Source of the DNA: Candidatus Hermodarchaeota archaeon
Lineage (GTDB): Archaea > Asgardarchaeota > Lokiarchaeia > Sigyniarchaeales > SOKP01
DNA: 64,000 nt
NCBI GenBank assembly: GCA_048885925.1
Contig: JBHLLG010000008.1
Span: 22,207-86,206 of the forward strand
Reading direction: 5' to 3'
The position numbers and the translations under genes are program-made. The stretch's first letter is position 1. Each line of letters begins with the position of its first letter. Below are positions 30,255 through 40,734 of the stretch, in pieces. Under the pieces are notes generated by a model. The model saw only the letters and a list, made by a program, of their open reading frames with translations. It ran no database searches and was not told the DNA's origin.

Positions 30255-31748
30255 TTAATTGCAACTTAAGTTTTTTAATAAAGCAATTATAAATTTCCAA
30301 ACTTTTTCAACAGATTTAATAAGCAAACGCTCATCTGGAGAGTGGGCTGCTTCATTTATAGGACCAATTGCTATCATATCCATTTGTGGAAACTTTTTTT
30401 TCAATATTCCACACTCTAACCCAGCATGAATAGCTTTGACTACTATTTTTTCATTAAAAAGATCTTCATAAGTTTCATCGCATTTCGCTAAAAGATTTGA
30501 TTCAAAATTTGGTGTCCATCCTGGATAATCACTATCTATCTTGAAATTAAAATCTAAATTACTCAAATCGAAAAGTGCTTTCACGTTCTCCCAAATTACA
30601 GTCTTAAAATATTCACTTAAACTTCTTTGACTTATTTTAATTTCAATATCAGAATCTCTAGTCTTTATTGTACCTAAATTGGTAGAATTAAATACTAAAC
30701 CTTTTATCTGAGGGTGCATCGAGAGAGGTCCAAAAGGTATTAAATAAATAATATTTAATATTCTATCTTGAAATTTATTTGAAAAAACTTTTTTATTAGA
30801 ATAATTTTCTAATTTCTTAATTGAAATTTCTAAATTTGGTTCAATTCCTTCAAAAATTACTTTAATATTTCTACTTTGAGTTTCAATAAAGTTCTTAATC
30901 TCAGAAAATTTATCTTTTTCTATATATAATATTGAAGTAGCTTCTCTAGGTATTGCATTAGTTTTATTTCCCCCATCTATTGAGCAAAATTGAATTTTGA
31001 ACTTTTTGTTTAACTTCCATAGAATCTGACTGATAATCTTTAGAGCGTTACCTCTCCCTAAATTAATATCTACTCCCGAATGGCCTCCTAATAATCCCGA
31101 TATAAATATTTTTATTGGAATATATGTTTCCTCAACCTTTATCTTCTCTATTTTAACTTCATAAATGGTTACAATTCCTCCTGCACATCCAATAGTTACT
31201 GCATTATCCTCTTCAGCATCAATATTTATCAGAAAATCTCCGCCTGTAAAATCCTCCTTAATTTCAAATGCACCTCTTAATCCTTGTTCTTCATTTACAG
31301 TGAAAAGTAAATCTAAACTTAAAGAATCAATATCTATTTCTCCCTTATGGATTTTTTTCATTAAGGTTAAAAGATAACTAATTCCAACACCATTGTCAGC
31401 ACCGAGCGTTGTACCATCAGCAGTAAGCCATTTCTCACCATTTAAATTCTTAATCATTAATTTTAGTGGATCTTTGGAAAAATCATGGGTTACAGCTTCA
31501 TTTTTTTCACAAACCATATCCATATGACACTGTAACACTCCTTTTAGATAGGGAAGTGATTTCACTGGAATTTTTATTAAAAGATTTCCAGCTTTATCAA
31601 CTTTAGTAACATAACCCAAATCATCTGCTTCTTTCTTTATAAAGGACCTAATTTTTTCTTCATGTTCGGAACACCGAGGTATTTTGGAAATTTTTTCAAA
31701 ATATTCCCAAAATTCAATAGGTTCTCCTAATTCTTTTAAGTTAAACAA
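30255..31748 (-). CDS. pepD: Aminoacyl-histidine dipeptidase (M20C)
   Basis: IPRCSEHE, QCHMDMVCEK, TTLGADNGVG, GGHSG, IHAGLECG, HSPDE; TTG start. Confidence 0.92.
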   Translation of the reverse strand: MFNLKELGEPIEFWEYFEKISKIPRCSEHEEKIRSFIKKEADDLGYVTKVDKAGNLLIKIPVKSLPYLKGVLQCHMDMVCEKNEAVTHDFSKDPLKLMIKNLNGEKWLTADGTTLGADNGVGISYLLTLMKKIHKGEIDIDSLSLDLLFTVNEEQGLRGAFEIKEDFTGGDFLINIDAEEDNAVTIGCAGGIVTIYEVKIEKIKVEETYIPIKIFISGLLGGHSGVDINLGRGNALKIISQILWKLNKKFKIQFCSIDGGNKTNAIPREATSILYIEKDKFSEIKNFIETQSRNIKVIFEGIEPNLEISIKKLENYSNKKVFSNKFQDRILNIIYLIPFGPLSMHPQIKGLVFNSTNLGTIKTRDSDIEIKISQRSLSEYFKTVIWENVKALFDLSNLDFNFKIDSDYPGWTPNFESNLLAKCDETYEDLFNEKIVVKAIHAGLECGILKKKFPQMDMIAIGPINEAAHSPDERLLIKSVEKVWKFIIALLKNLSCN

Positions 31749-31844
31749 TTTTATCTATTCTCGTTAAAATATATATATTAATTCATTTATAATAATTATA
31801 AAATAACAAAAAATTCCTTATAACTTTATTTAAAGGCTGATGGA

Positions 31845-32972
31845 ATGAGTTGGAAAGATCTTTATTCAGAAGTAAAGAAACGTAAAATGGAAGCATTGAA
31901 TAAAAAAGATGTGGTACAAGCCGTCGAAAAACACGGAAAAATTTTAGCTATTAATGGAAGATATGAAAAACCCAAAAAAGTAATTGAACATATGTACGCA
32001 TCATTGAAAAAAGTTATTAAAGAAACTGATATTATGAAAGAAGATATATCTGAATATGATGTAGTTCTTATTGGATGTCCGGGTAGTGATCTTCCATATG
32101 CTTCTCATCCAAAAATTAGAGATTTTGTAATGAATGGTGGATGGTTAATAACAACAGATTGGGCTTTAAAAAGTATTATTGAAAATATTTTTCCGGGTTT
32201 TATTCGTTGGAATCAAGCAAAAACTGCTGATGCTGTTGTTGCTTGTCAAATTATTGAACCAAATCATCCCTTTTTAGAAGGAGTAATAAGTGAAATTCAA
32301 CAAAACAAATGGCAAAAAAAATCAGTTAAAAATACAAAAAAAACTGAATTTCGTTGGTGGTTAGAAACACGTTCTTTTCCAATACAAATTATAAATCCTC
32401 AAGCTGTTCGTGTATTAATTAGTTCATGGGAAATTCAAAATAAGTGGGGAGAATCACCTGTACTTATAGAATTCGATTATGGAAAAAAGGGTGGGCGAGT
32501 AATTCATATGATTAGCCACACACATTTACAAAAAGGTGGAACTAAAGGTAAATATGCTTCAGCTCTAATACTAACTAATATTTTAGATGAGAAAGTATCT
32601 CTAAAAATGGGTATCTCAAAAAAATCAACCCCCAGTTATGTTTCTGATTTTCAAACACCTCAAACTCAACATCAATCTTATCAAACTCCCTTAGAAGACC
32701 AATGGATATCTCCAAATCAACAGACAGAATATTTAACGCCAACAATTGGGAATAATAAATTAACACAAACCTCTCAAATAATTGAAATAGACGTTAATAA
32801 TCCTGATTTTTCATTTGCTAACAAATGCATTTACTGTAACTATGATTTCACTGAATATAAGGGAAAAATATTTGTTTGTGAAGCCTGCAATACTCCATAT
32901 CATGAACATTGTATAAATATACAAATTAATGAAGGAATTTGCAAAAATTGTAATAGAATATTATTATGGTAA
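31845..32972 (+). CDS. Hypothetical protein: GATase-like alpha/beta domain + low-complexity linker + C4HC3 RING/PHD-type finger
   Basis: YDVVLIGCPG..IRDFVMNGGWLITTDWA; C-terminal C-x2-C-x13-C-x2-C-x4-H-x2-C-x9-C-x2-C. Confidence 0.65.
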   Translation: MSWKDLYSEVKKRKMEALNKKDVVQAVEKHGKILAINGRYEKPKKVIEHMYASLKKVIKETDIMKEDISEYDVVLIGCPGSDLPYASHPKIRDFVMNGGWLITTDWALKSIIENIFPGFIRWNQAKTADAVVACQIIEPNHPFLEGVISEIQQNKWQKKSVKNTKKTEFRWWLETRSFPIQIINPQAVRVLISSWEIQNKWGESPVLIEFDYGKKGGRVIHMISHTHLQKGGTKGKYASALILTNILDEKVSLKMGISKKSTPSYVSDFQTPQTQHQSYQTPLEDQWISPNQQTEYLTPTIGNNKLTQTSQIIEIDVNNPDFSFANKCIYCNYDFTEYKGKIFVCEACNTPYHEHCINIQINEGICKNCNRILLW

Positions 32973-33035
32973 TACTATCAATATAAAAATATAAAAAATA
33001 AAAAAAAGAATAGTATACTTTAGATTTCTTTGGAT

Positions 33036-33233
33036 TTAATTCTCAATGATCTCTATTGCCTCTTCTGGACATTGAGTTTCACATGCCCTACAACCAACAC
33101 AATCTTCTCTGTTTTCTTCTATAACATTTACTTTACCTCCCTCAGGTTCATCAAAGCATTCAGAAGGGCATACTTCATAGCATGTACCACAACCAGTGCA
33201 TGCATCTAGATCTATCTTTATATCAAAGGACAT
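33036..33233 (-). CDS. 2x[4Fe-4S] ferredoxin
   Basis: CTGCGTCYEVCP and CVGCRACETQCP. Confidence 0.93.
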   Translation of the reverse strand: MSFDIKIDLDACTGCGTCYEVCPSECFDEPEGGKVNVIEENREDCVGCRACETQCPEEAIEIIEN

Positions 33234-33404
33234 TTTTTTAACTCCATTATGTTCTTATTTCAAAATTTTTGATTATTTTATAATAATCTTATTTTTGATA
33301 ATAAAATAAAAAATTTAAATTTCGTTTTTATTAAGAAAACATATCAATAATTTCTTAACTATTAAATCTAAAAAGAATATTAATCGCAACCTATCATCTT
33401 CAAA

Positions 33405-34523
33405 ATGAAATTAAGAAAATTTTGGAAATACAAATACAGCGGATCAATCTATGGGATTGAGATAGCTGATATAAATGGTAATGGTAAGGAAGAAATTATT
33501 GCATATTCTAAAACAGGAGTTCTTATTGTTATTTCACAAAATGGAAAATTGTTATATCATAGGATAATTTCTAAAAATTCACCAATTTGGCATTCTAAGA
33601 TATACGATATTGATAATGATGGGAAAAATGAGTTAATATTAGGTGGAATGGATGGAATTTTAAGAATTTTTAAATGTGATTTAAAATATAATTTAAAATC
33701 TTTGTGGAATCATAAATTTGATTCTTCTATTAGTGGAATTCTTATAGATGATATAAATAATGATAATATCGATGAATTAATCGTATTTTCACTTGATAAA
33801 TCTTTAAGAGTATTAAATCCTTTAAACGGTGATTTAATATGGGGTCAAGTTTTTGAAGATGGCATAGGAGATGCGATTATCTTTATAGATACAAAGAATA
33901 ATAGTAAAAAGGAAATAATTGCTTGTGGAAATGACGGTACAATAAGATGTTTTGATGGGATAGATGGAAGCTTATTATGGTTTAAAACTTTTTCTAATAA
34001 AGTCAGGTGCGTTTCATTTCTAAATTCTGTTAAAGGTATTGTATTATTAGTAGGAGGGGATGATAAAGTATTACATATCCTAGATAAAGCAACACAGAAA
34101 GAGTTTAAAATAATTAAATTCAAGGATTTCGTTTGGAAATGTATATCATATCCAAAGTGCGTTTTCAATAATGCAATTATAAGTTCTTATTCATTTGATT
34201 ATTTTAAAAATTTAATAGCTATTGAAAAAGTAAAATTCACTTCAAAAATTATATGCTTAAATGAAATTTTTGAGGTTAAATGGGAATTAAAAGGCTATAA
34301 TTGCGAGTTTATAAAAATTATTAAGTTTCAAGAAAAATTATTCATATTACTCGGGACTACTAAAGGTGAACTACTCATTGTCGATCCTGAAATAGGAAAA
34401 ATTTTATTTAAAATACAACATGATTCATGTATAAATATGATTCAATTCCTTGAGGAACAAAGGATTATTATTAATTGCTATGATGATGGGAGCATCTATG
34501 CATATAATCTAGAAGATTTTTGA
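33405..34523 (+). CDS. Beta-propeller protein with FG-GAP-like repeats
   Basis: Repeats DINGNGKEEII, DIDNDGKNELILGG, DINNDNIDELIV with LW spacing. Confidence 0.75.
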   Translation: MKLRKFWKYKYSGSIYGIEIADINGNGKEEIIAYSKTGVLIVISQNGKLLYHRIISKNSPIWHSKIYDIDNDGKNELILGGMDGILRIFKCDLKYNLKSLWNHKFDSSISGILIDDINNDNIDELIVFSLDKSLRVLNPLNGDLIWGQVFEDGIGDAIIFIDTKNNSKKEIIACGNDGTIRCFDGIDGSLLWFKTFSNKVRCVSFLNSVKGIVLLVGGDDKVLHILDKATQKEFKIIKFKDFVWKCISYPKCVFNNAIISSYSFDYFKNLIAIEKVKFTSKIICLNEIFEVKWELKGYNCEFIKIIKFQEKLFILLGTTKGELLIVDPEIGKILFKIQHDSCINMIQFLEEQRIIINCYDDGSIYAYNLEDF

Positions 34524-34632
34524 TTTAAGAAGACTCTTTATAAAATTAAAAAGCTCTAATATAAAAAAGTTAAATGTAATTGTAGATTACCTTTAAAATT
34601 AAAAAAAAATAAAATATTTATTTTTTAGCTTT

Positions 34633-34953
34633 TTACTCACTTTCCTCGGCTTCCTCAGCAGCTAATTCCTCCTCAAGTTCTTCAAGAGGAACAGGTGCTG
34701 GCGTAGTTAACATGCTGTAGCCAATCCAAATTGCAATAATTGAGATAAGCAAAACTAGAAGCCACATAGGCGCAACTACAAATAATCTCCAATCAAGCCA
34801 ATCAATTCCAAAGAAATTCAACCAACTATCCCAATCTGGGTTATCCCATATAGTGTCAAATAAAAGATCAATAAGTGAACCCATTGTATAAACAATAGCA
34901 ATTAATATACCAACGATCATTACAATTGCGCCAATAACTTTATCCTTAGCCAT
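34633..34953 (-). CDS. Small 2-TM archaeal membrane protein (DPM2-like architecture)
   Basis: MAKDKVIG-TM-loop-TM-WIGYSMLTTPAP + acidic tail. Confidence 0.65.
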   Translation of the reverse strand: MAKDKVIGAIVMIVGILIAIVYTMGSLIDLLFDTIWDNPDWDSWLNFFGIDWLDWRLFVVAPMWLLVLLISIIAIWIGYSMLTTPAPVPLEELEEELAAEEAEESE

Positions 34954-35171
34954 TTTGATAACCATTTAGAATTTGTTTTTTTATTTAATAATATTAGTTC
35001 TGCATAAAGTTAAGCGTGTAATTTGTGCTTAATATAATTTTTAAAAAATGATTCAATTAAAACCATTCGATCAAGACTATAGGATCGTAAATAAAATATT
35101 ATGATGATCCACATATAAACTATATAGAATTATATGAAAAATATCAATAATCAAGATTAAGTACCAGATTT

Positions 35172-36140
35172 ATGTCTAAGGAAAATGATTATGTACTAAT
35201 AATTGGATCAAGCAATATTGATTTGAATGTCTATTCCAAACGTTTTCCAAATCCCGGTGAAACTGTCACAGGAGGAGTTTTTAAACAATTTTTGGGGGGA
35301 AAAGGAGCTAATCAATCTGTTGCCTCAATAAGGTCTGGCGCTAAAACGATTTTTATTGGAAAGATTGGAATGGATCTTTTTGGTGATCAGATGATTTCTC
35401 AATTAACTAAAGAAGGAATTAACATGAATAACGTTATAAGAGATCCTGAAGAACATAGTGGTGTAGCGTTAATTTTGATTGATGAAAATGGTGAAAATAT
35501 GATAAGTGTAGCTCCTGGAGCAAATTTTAAAATGACTCCTCAAGAAATAAGATCTGTCAGCAATATAATAAAAAAGGCTAAATCTTTAGTTGTTCAAATG
35601 GAAATTCCTATAGAAACAATTAGGGAGATTTTTAGAATCGCTTCTGATGGTAATGTGATCAAAATTTTAAATCCCGCCCCATTGAAAAGCATACCTATTG
35701 AAATTTTAAAAATGGTTGACATTATTGTCCCAAATGAAGGTGAGCTTTATAGATTGCACTCATTTTTTGATTTTAAGGAATTAAATAAGGAAGGCACTCA
35801 AAAAATTATTCAAGCTGCAAAAAATATTTCAAATTTAGGGATAAGATATATTATTACTACATTGGGAAGTAAAGGATGTTTAATTTATGATGGAATAGAA
35901 GATAAGTCATTCGAAATACCTGCACCTAAAGTTAAAGCTATAGATACTGTAGGTGCAGGTGATTGTTTTATTGGAGTATTAGCAAGTATGTTAAGTAAAG
36001 GTGAAAATATTTTAAGTGCTGTTAAATTTGCTACTGTAGCAGCGTCAATTGCAGTTACTAGAAAAGGAGCTCAAGAATCAATGCCATATCTCTATGAAAT
36101 TGAAAATAGATTAAAAGTGTTAAATTTATACGAAAAATAA
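35172..36140 (+). CDS. rbsK: Ribokinase (PfkB family)
   Basis: GGKGANQSVA, NPAP, PNEGE, DTVGAGDCF, VTRKGAQ.S.P. Confidence 0.9.
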   Translation: MSKENDYVLIIGSSNIDLNVYSKRFPNPGETVTGGVFKQFLGGKGANQSVASIRSGAKTIFIGKIGMDLFGDQMISQLTKEGINMNNVIRDPEEHSGVALILIDENGENMISVAPGANFKMTPQEIRSVSNIIKKAKSLVVQMEIPIETIREIFRIASDGNVIKILNPAPLKSIPIEILKMVDIIVPNEGELYRLHSFFDFKELNKEGTQKIIQAAKNISNLGIRYIITTLGSKGCLIYDGIEDKSFEIPAPKVKAIDTVGAGDCFIGVLASMLSKGENILSAVKFATVAASIAVTRKGAQESMPYLYEIENRLKVLNLYEK

Positions 36141-36145
36141 AGAAA

Positions 36146-36829
36146 GTGAGTAAAATAGTAAAAGAAACTATTCCCGCTAAAAGAAGTACTCATTTACGAA
36201 AAACAAATTCTCATGAATTACGAATTCAAATAAATAAAAGTACTCTTGATGATATTTTCATTATAAATGGAACCTCTTTTATCACTAAAAATATTTCTAA
36301 TTCAGATTTAATAATTGAACCAAATACTTACTATATGGTAATCAACCTTGGAAAGGAATCAGTAGAACTCCATTATAATCAGGATATTTCAAACCATAAA
36401 ATAATATATAATCCATATAAGTACGAATTTGCAAAGAAAGTCAACTTTGAACCAGAATTATTTAAAAATTTGTATCATGTTCCCCAAGGGTATATTGATA
36501 CGCTACCAAAATGGTACAGTTTTAAATTTACATATCCAGATTATAATTTAATATTTATCCGTCCAGAATTTGGACTTTCAATTCAAATTCATAAATATAG
36601 GAATGAATCCTGGGAAGTTTTAGAGGGTAATCCTATAATAATCAGTAAGGATAAAGTTTTTTATTTTGTTGAGAATAAAACAACGTTTAAAAATCCTATT
36701 AATACTTACCATTCTATTATTAATCCTAATAAAGCAGAAAATAAGTTTGTAATTATAAAAGAAAAATGGGATGGAAAATTCAATGAGAATGATATAGAAC
36801 GGATTTTTAACCCAAATCATTATAATTAA
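36146..36829 (+). CDS. Cupin-domain protein (mannose-6-phosphate isomerase type II-like C-terminus)
   Basis: LSIQIHKYRNESWEVLEG, HSIIN, ENDIERI motifs. Confidence 0.65.
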   Translation: MSKIVKETIPAKRSTHLRKTNSHELRIQINKSTLDDIFIINGTSFITKNISNSDLIIEPNTYYMVINLGKESVELHYNQDISNHKIIYNPYKYEFAKKVNFEPELFKNLYHVPQGYIDTLPKWYSFKFTYPDYNLIFIRPEFGLSIQIHKYRNESWEVLEGNPIIISKDKVFYFVENKTTFKNPINTYHSIINPNKAENKFVIIKEKWDGKFNENDIERIFNPNHYN

Positions 36830-37058
36830 TTCTTTTTTATTCATGAAATAAGTAGACAAAAAGAACCTTTTTTTTTAAAATATTATGAAGAGAGAGCTTC
36901 TCTTCAAAATTACATCTAACACTTATAAGTTTTATTATTTTTGCTAACTTAACCTAAAAGTTAAAATTTAATATAATACTACAAACCTTACCGTGATATA
37001 TTATATAACAAAAAAAATTATAGAATAAAGTTAATGGAATAAGTAGATTGGTTAAAAA

Positions 37059-37631
37059 ATGGCTCCAAATGAACGTGATGATAAAGAAGAGTTAGAAGAG
37101 TCAGATCAAAAGTTTGATAATGATTCAGAAGAAGATCTAGATTCGGATGAACAACCAGAAACTGATTTAGAGGATGAATTGAAAGAAGAATTAGAAGAAA
37201 AGGATATAGATACTGAATCAGAGTTAGATCGACTACGATTCAAGTATAGGGGTTATACCTTAGAGGAACTAAGAAAAATGAATATGGACCAATTTATACA
37301 GCTATTACCAGCAAGAGCAAGACGTTCTCTGAAGCGTGGATTACCACCGAGACAAAAGAAGCTTCTTGAAAGGTTAAGAAGAGCATATAGAGCAAAGAAA
37401 AGAGGAAAAGATTTGCTCACTCGAACCCATGTAAGGGATATGATAATATTTCCTGAAATGGTTGGTTTAAAAATTGGAGTATACAATGGAAAAGAATATG
37501 TTACAGTTGATATTAAGCCAGATATGATAGCTCATTATCTAGGAGAATTTTCTCTCACAAGAAAAAGAGTTCAACATGGATCTCCTGGGATTGGAGCCAC
37601 AAGAAGTTCCAAATATGTTCCATTGAAATAA
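37059..37631 (+). CDS. rpsS: 30S ribosomal protein uS19 with acidic N-terminal extension
   Basis: [32 protein letters not shown]-like [19 protein letters not shown]. Confidence 0.97.
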   Translation: MAPNERDDKEELEESDQKFDNDSEEDLDSDEQPETDLEDELKEELEEKDIDTESELDRLRFKYRGYTLEELRKMNMDQFIQLLPARARRSLKRGLPPRQKKLLERLRRAYRAKKRGKDLLTRTHVRDMIIFPEMVGLKIGVYNGKEYVTVDIKPDMIAHYLGEFSLTRKRVQHGSPGIGATRSSKYVPLK

Positions 37632-37657
37632 AGAAAAATAAAAAAAGTTGATAAAAA

Positions 37658-38137
37658 TTGCCTACTTGGGGATATTCATTTACAGAAGGAAAATACGATG
37701 CTGATAGATTAGCAAAAGCATCAGGTCGTGATATTAGAGTTAAACCAAAGCATGCAAGAGAAATTTGTTCTGTAATAAAGGGAATGAAAGTTGATCAGGC
37801 AAAAGTATTTTTAGAAAAAGTTATTCGCCTTGAACAATCAGTACCTTTCAGACGAGCCAAAAAAAAGACTGCCCATAAACATGATTTAAAACAATTTAAA
37901 TGGTATGCAGGAAGATATCCTCGAAAAACAGCAGCTAGGATCTATGAAATTCTCACATCGGTAGAATCAAATGCAGAATATAAAGGTTTAGATATCGACC
38001 TTTGCAGAATTATCCATGCTGCCACACATAGGGGAAGAATAATAAAAAGATATATGTCTCGAGCTAGAGGCAGAAGCACATCAAAATTTAAATATCTTTC
38101 ACACATCGAAATCATAATTTATGAATTCCCAAGTTAG
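37658..38137 (+). CDS. rplV: 50S ribosomal protein uL22
   Basis: KPKHAREIC, VPFRR, GRYPRK, RARGR..K..SHIEII; TTG start. Confidence 0.96.
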   Translation: MPTWGYSFTEGKYDADRLAKASGRDIRVKPKHAREICSVIKGMKVDQAKVFLEKVIRLEQSVPFRRAKKKTAHKHDLKQFKWYAGRYPRKTAARIYEILTSVESNAEYKGLDIDLCRIIHAATHRGRIIKRYMSRARGRSTSKFKYLSHIEIIIYEFPS

Positions 38138-38186
38138 GTAAATATTTGATAAAATCAAGATAATTAATATTAAAAGATTGAGAAAA

Positions 38187-38972
38187 ATGAGTCCTCTTGT
38201 GAAAAATTTTATTGAACAAGGAATTAAATTGATGCAAATAAATGAATATTTACGTTCAGAGTTAGTTCGAGCAGGGTTTGCTGGTGTTGAGTTACAACGC
38301 ACCCCATTAGGCGTAAGAATTACATTAAAAACTTCGCGTCCGGGTTTAGTGATTGGAAAAGGTGGGAAGAGAATTCAGGAGATAACAGATGTACTTCAAG
38401 ATAGATTTGGTTTGGAAATGCCTCAAATTGAAGTTGAAGAGGTCGCTGAGCCAGATTTAGATGCCCAAATTATGGCAGAAAGACTTGCATATTCACTAGA
38501 CAGAGGAAGACACTATAGAAGAGCAGGATATTATATTCTTAGAAAAGTAATGGACGCTGGAGCACGTGGAGTTGAAATTATTATATCTGGAAAAGTTACT
38601 TCACAAAGAGCTAGAACACAAATCTTTCGCGCCGGTACTATGTCTAAAAGTGGTCAACCTGCCCAAGAAGGCGTGGATAAGGGTGTTGCTCAATGTATAC
38701 AGAAATCAGGAGTATTAGGAATAATAGTAAAAATAATGCGAGCCGATACAAAAATGGGAGATGATATTAATATTAAGGAGGATCTTCTAACTAAGGCACA
38801 GGCACAGGCAGTTGCAAAATTAGCGAAAACACTAGTAGATTATGTGATTGAAGAAGAAGAAGGAGTTTTAAGTGAAGAAGATAAAAAATTGCTTGATGAA
38901 GTGAATGAAGAAGAAATTTCTGAAATTTCATTAACTTCTGAAGTTAAAGATGAAAAAAAAGGAAAAAAATAA
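38187..38972 (+). CDS. rpsC: 30S ribosomal protein uS3
   Basis: RPGLVIGKGGKRI KH motif, GARGVEIIISGK; ATG at 38187; acidic tail. Confidence 0.96.
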   Translation: MSPLVKNFIEQGIKLMQINEYLRSELVRAGFAGVELQRTPLGVRITLKTSRPGLVIGKGGKRIQEITDVLQDRFGLEMPQIEVEEVAEPDLDAQIMAERLAYSLDRGRHYRRAGYYILRKVMDAGARGVEIIISGKVTSQRARTQIFRAGTMSKSGQPAQEGVDKGVAQCIQKSGVLGIIVKIMRADTKMGDDINIKEDLLTKAQAQAVAKLAKTLVDYVIEEEEGVLSEEDKKLLDEVNEEEISEISLTSEVKDEKKGKK

Positions 38973-39000
38973 TTTGATTATAATAAAATTGTGATAAGTT

Positions 39001-39198
39001 ATGGATATAATAACGGCTGAAAAAATTCGAGAAATGGATGATCGAGAAAGACAAAGAGTTTTAGTTAGTTTAAGAGAGGAATTAATGATGCTTTATTCAA
39101 TGCAAACAGGTGGCGGACTTTCTGACAATCCTGCAAAAGCTAAATTATTACGTAAACAAATAGCAAGAATATTAACTGTTATGAATGAAGAAAGATGA
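39001..39198 (+). CDS. rpmC: 50S ribosomal protein uL29
   Basis: IREMD..ER...LREEL...NPAKAKLLRKQIARILTV. Confidence 0.93.
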   Translation: MDIITAEKIREMDDRERQRVLVSLREELMMLYSMQTGGGLSDNPAKAKLLRKQIARILTVMNEER

Positions 39199-39512
39199 TG
39201 ATCGATCCTAAATATTTAATATATCATGACCTCATAGGTTTTGATACTTATGCTAAACCCTTATCAATGTCTTTAAGTACGAAATTCGTGAATATCGGTG
39301 TTGTAATTGATGAAACACGAAATATGTTAATTACTGAGAAGGATAATAAAATTAAGCGCTATATTAAGAAGAATTATATTTTTAGGTTTAAAATACCAAA
39401 TTATGAAGATAATGAAGAGGATTATTATTTAGAAGTTAACGGAATCAGGATTATTGGACTTCCTATAAATAGATTGAGAAGCCTAAAGAAGAAGAGGTGG
39501 TTAAAAAAATGA
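39195..39512 (+). CDS. rnp1: Ribonuclease P protein subunit Rpp29/POP4
   Basis: HDLIG, GVVIDETRNML, FRF, VNG..I.G.P..RL; canonical position between uL29 and uS17. Confidence 0.88.
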   Translation: MMIDPKYLIYHDLIGFDTYAKPLSMSLSTKFVNIGVVIDETRNMLITEKDNKIKRYIKKNYIFRFKIPNYEDNEEDYYLEVNGIRIIGLPINRLRSLKKKRWLKK

Positions 39513-39862
39513 GTAGAAATATTGGGATCCCCGGAGTGGTTCCTCCTAAGACCAAACCCGAAGATTGTAAAGATCAGTCTTGTCCATTTCATGGAAATAC
39601 AAAAATTAGAGGAAAAATCACTAAAGGGGTTGTTGTAAGTAAAAAGTCAAGAAATACTGTAATAATAAGACGAGATTATGTTCAATTTGTTAAAAAATAT
39701 CAAAGATATGAGCGTCGAAATACCCGACTTGCCTGTCATTTACCCGATTGTTTAAACAATGAGATTTTGGTTGGAGATTTGGTAAGAGTTGGAGAATCAC
39801 GAAAAATATCTAAAATGAAAGCATTTATAGTATTAGAGAAAATTGCAAGTGGGGTGATATAA
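39509..39862 (+). CDS. rpsQ: 30S ribosomal protein uS17
   Basis: RNIGIPGV.PP, CPFHG, KYQRYERR, GESRKISK; ATG at 39509. Confidence 0.96.
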   Translation: MSRNIGIPGVVPPKTKPEDCKDQSCPFHGNTKIRGKITKGVVVSKKSRNTVIIRRDYVQFVKKYQRYERRNTRLACHLPDCLNNEILVGDLVRVGESRKISKMKAFIVLEKIASGVI

Positions 39863-40288
39863 GTGGGAACAAGAAGAAAATTAGGAAGAAAAACATATGT
39901 TAAACCCCGTACTAGCTATGGATTATGTAATGGTTCTAGAATAAATATTGCAGACAATTCTGGAGCAAAAATTGCCAAAATCATAAATGTGGATGGTTTT
40001 AAGACGAGGTTAAGAAGATTACCAAAAGCAACTGTTGGAAGTGTATGTACGGTTACAATAAAAAAGGGTAAACCAGAATTGCGAGGGAATATAGTAAAAG
40101 CAGTTATTGTTAGGCAAAAAATGATATACAGGCGACTAGATGGAACAAGACTTTGCTTCGAAGATAATGCTGGTGTATTAGTAACAAAAGAAGGTGATGC
40201 AAAAGCAACCGAAATAAGAGGTCCAATTGCACGAGAAGCAGCTGAAATGTTTCCAAGACTCGCATCAATTTCGTCTTTGATAATATAA
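39863..40288 (+). CDS. rplN: 50S ribosomal protein uL14
   Basis: ADNSGAK, KKGKPELR, FEDNAGV, GPIAREAA; GTG start after GGTGA SD. Confidence 0.96.
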   Translation: MGTRRKLGRKTYVKPRTSYGLCNGSRINIADNSGAKIAKIINVDGFKTRLRRLPKATVGSVCTVTIKKGKPELRGNIVKAVIVRQKMIYRRLDGTRLCFEDNAGVLVTKEGDAKATEIRGPIAREAAEMFPRLASISSLII

Positions 40289-40302
40289 AAGAGGGATCTA
40301 AA

Positions 40303-40731
40303 ATGAAAATTAAATCAAAACAACCAAGTAAACAAAGAAAAGCTCTCTACACCTACAGAAATCATCAACGCTCAAAATTACTTAGTACACGGGTAGCTGA
40401 TTTTCTACGTGATGAATATGGAATTAAAAGACTTCCTCTTAGAGTAGGTGATCATGCAAGAATAACACGAGGAGAATTTTCTGATTTTGAAGGAGAGGTT
40501 ATTGAAGTTACCAAAAACCAACGAGCTAAAATTAAAGAAGCTCAATTTGATAAAACAGATGGAACACAATTCCATCCAGCAATTCATATTTCAAATTTAG
40601 TAATTACAAAATTCGCAAAAGAAAAAAAGATGGATCCATGGCGAGCAAATATGATTGAGAGAAAGGCTTTATTTGGCTTTTACGAAGAAGGATTAAAAGC
40701 TCCAAAGAAAGAAAAAGAGGAGGATAAATAA
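40303..40731 (+). CDS. rplX: 50S ribosomal protein uL24
   Basis: SKQPSKQRK, LPLRVGD..ITRG, IHISNLVIT. Confidence 0.94.
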   Translation: MKIKSKQPSKQRKALYTYRNHQRSKLLSTRVADFLRDEYGIKRLPLRVGDHARITRGEFSDFEGEVIEVTKNQRAKIKEAQFDKTDGTQFHPAIHISNLVITKFAKEKKMDPWRANMIERKALFGFYEEGLKAPKKEKEEDK

Positions 40732-40734
40732 GAA

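Noticed and set aside
36886-36906. Palindrome TGAAGAGAG-AGC-TTCTCTTCA upstream of the ribosomal cluster
   Set aside because: Single short hairpin; cannot distinguish terminator, operator or chance
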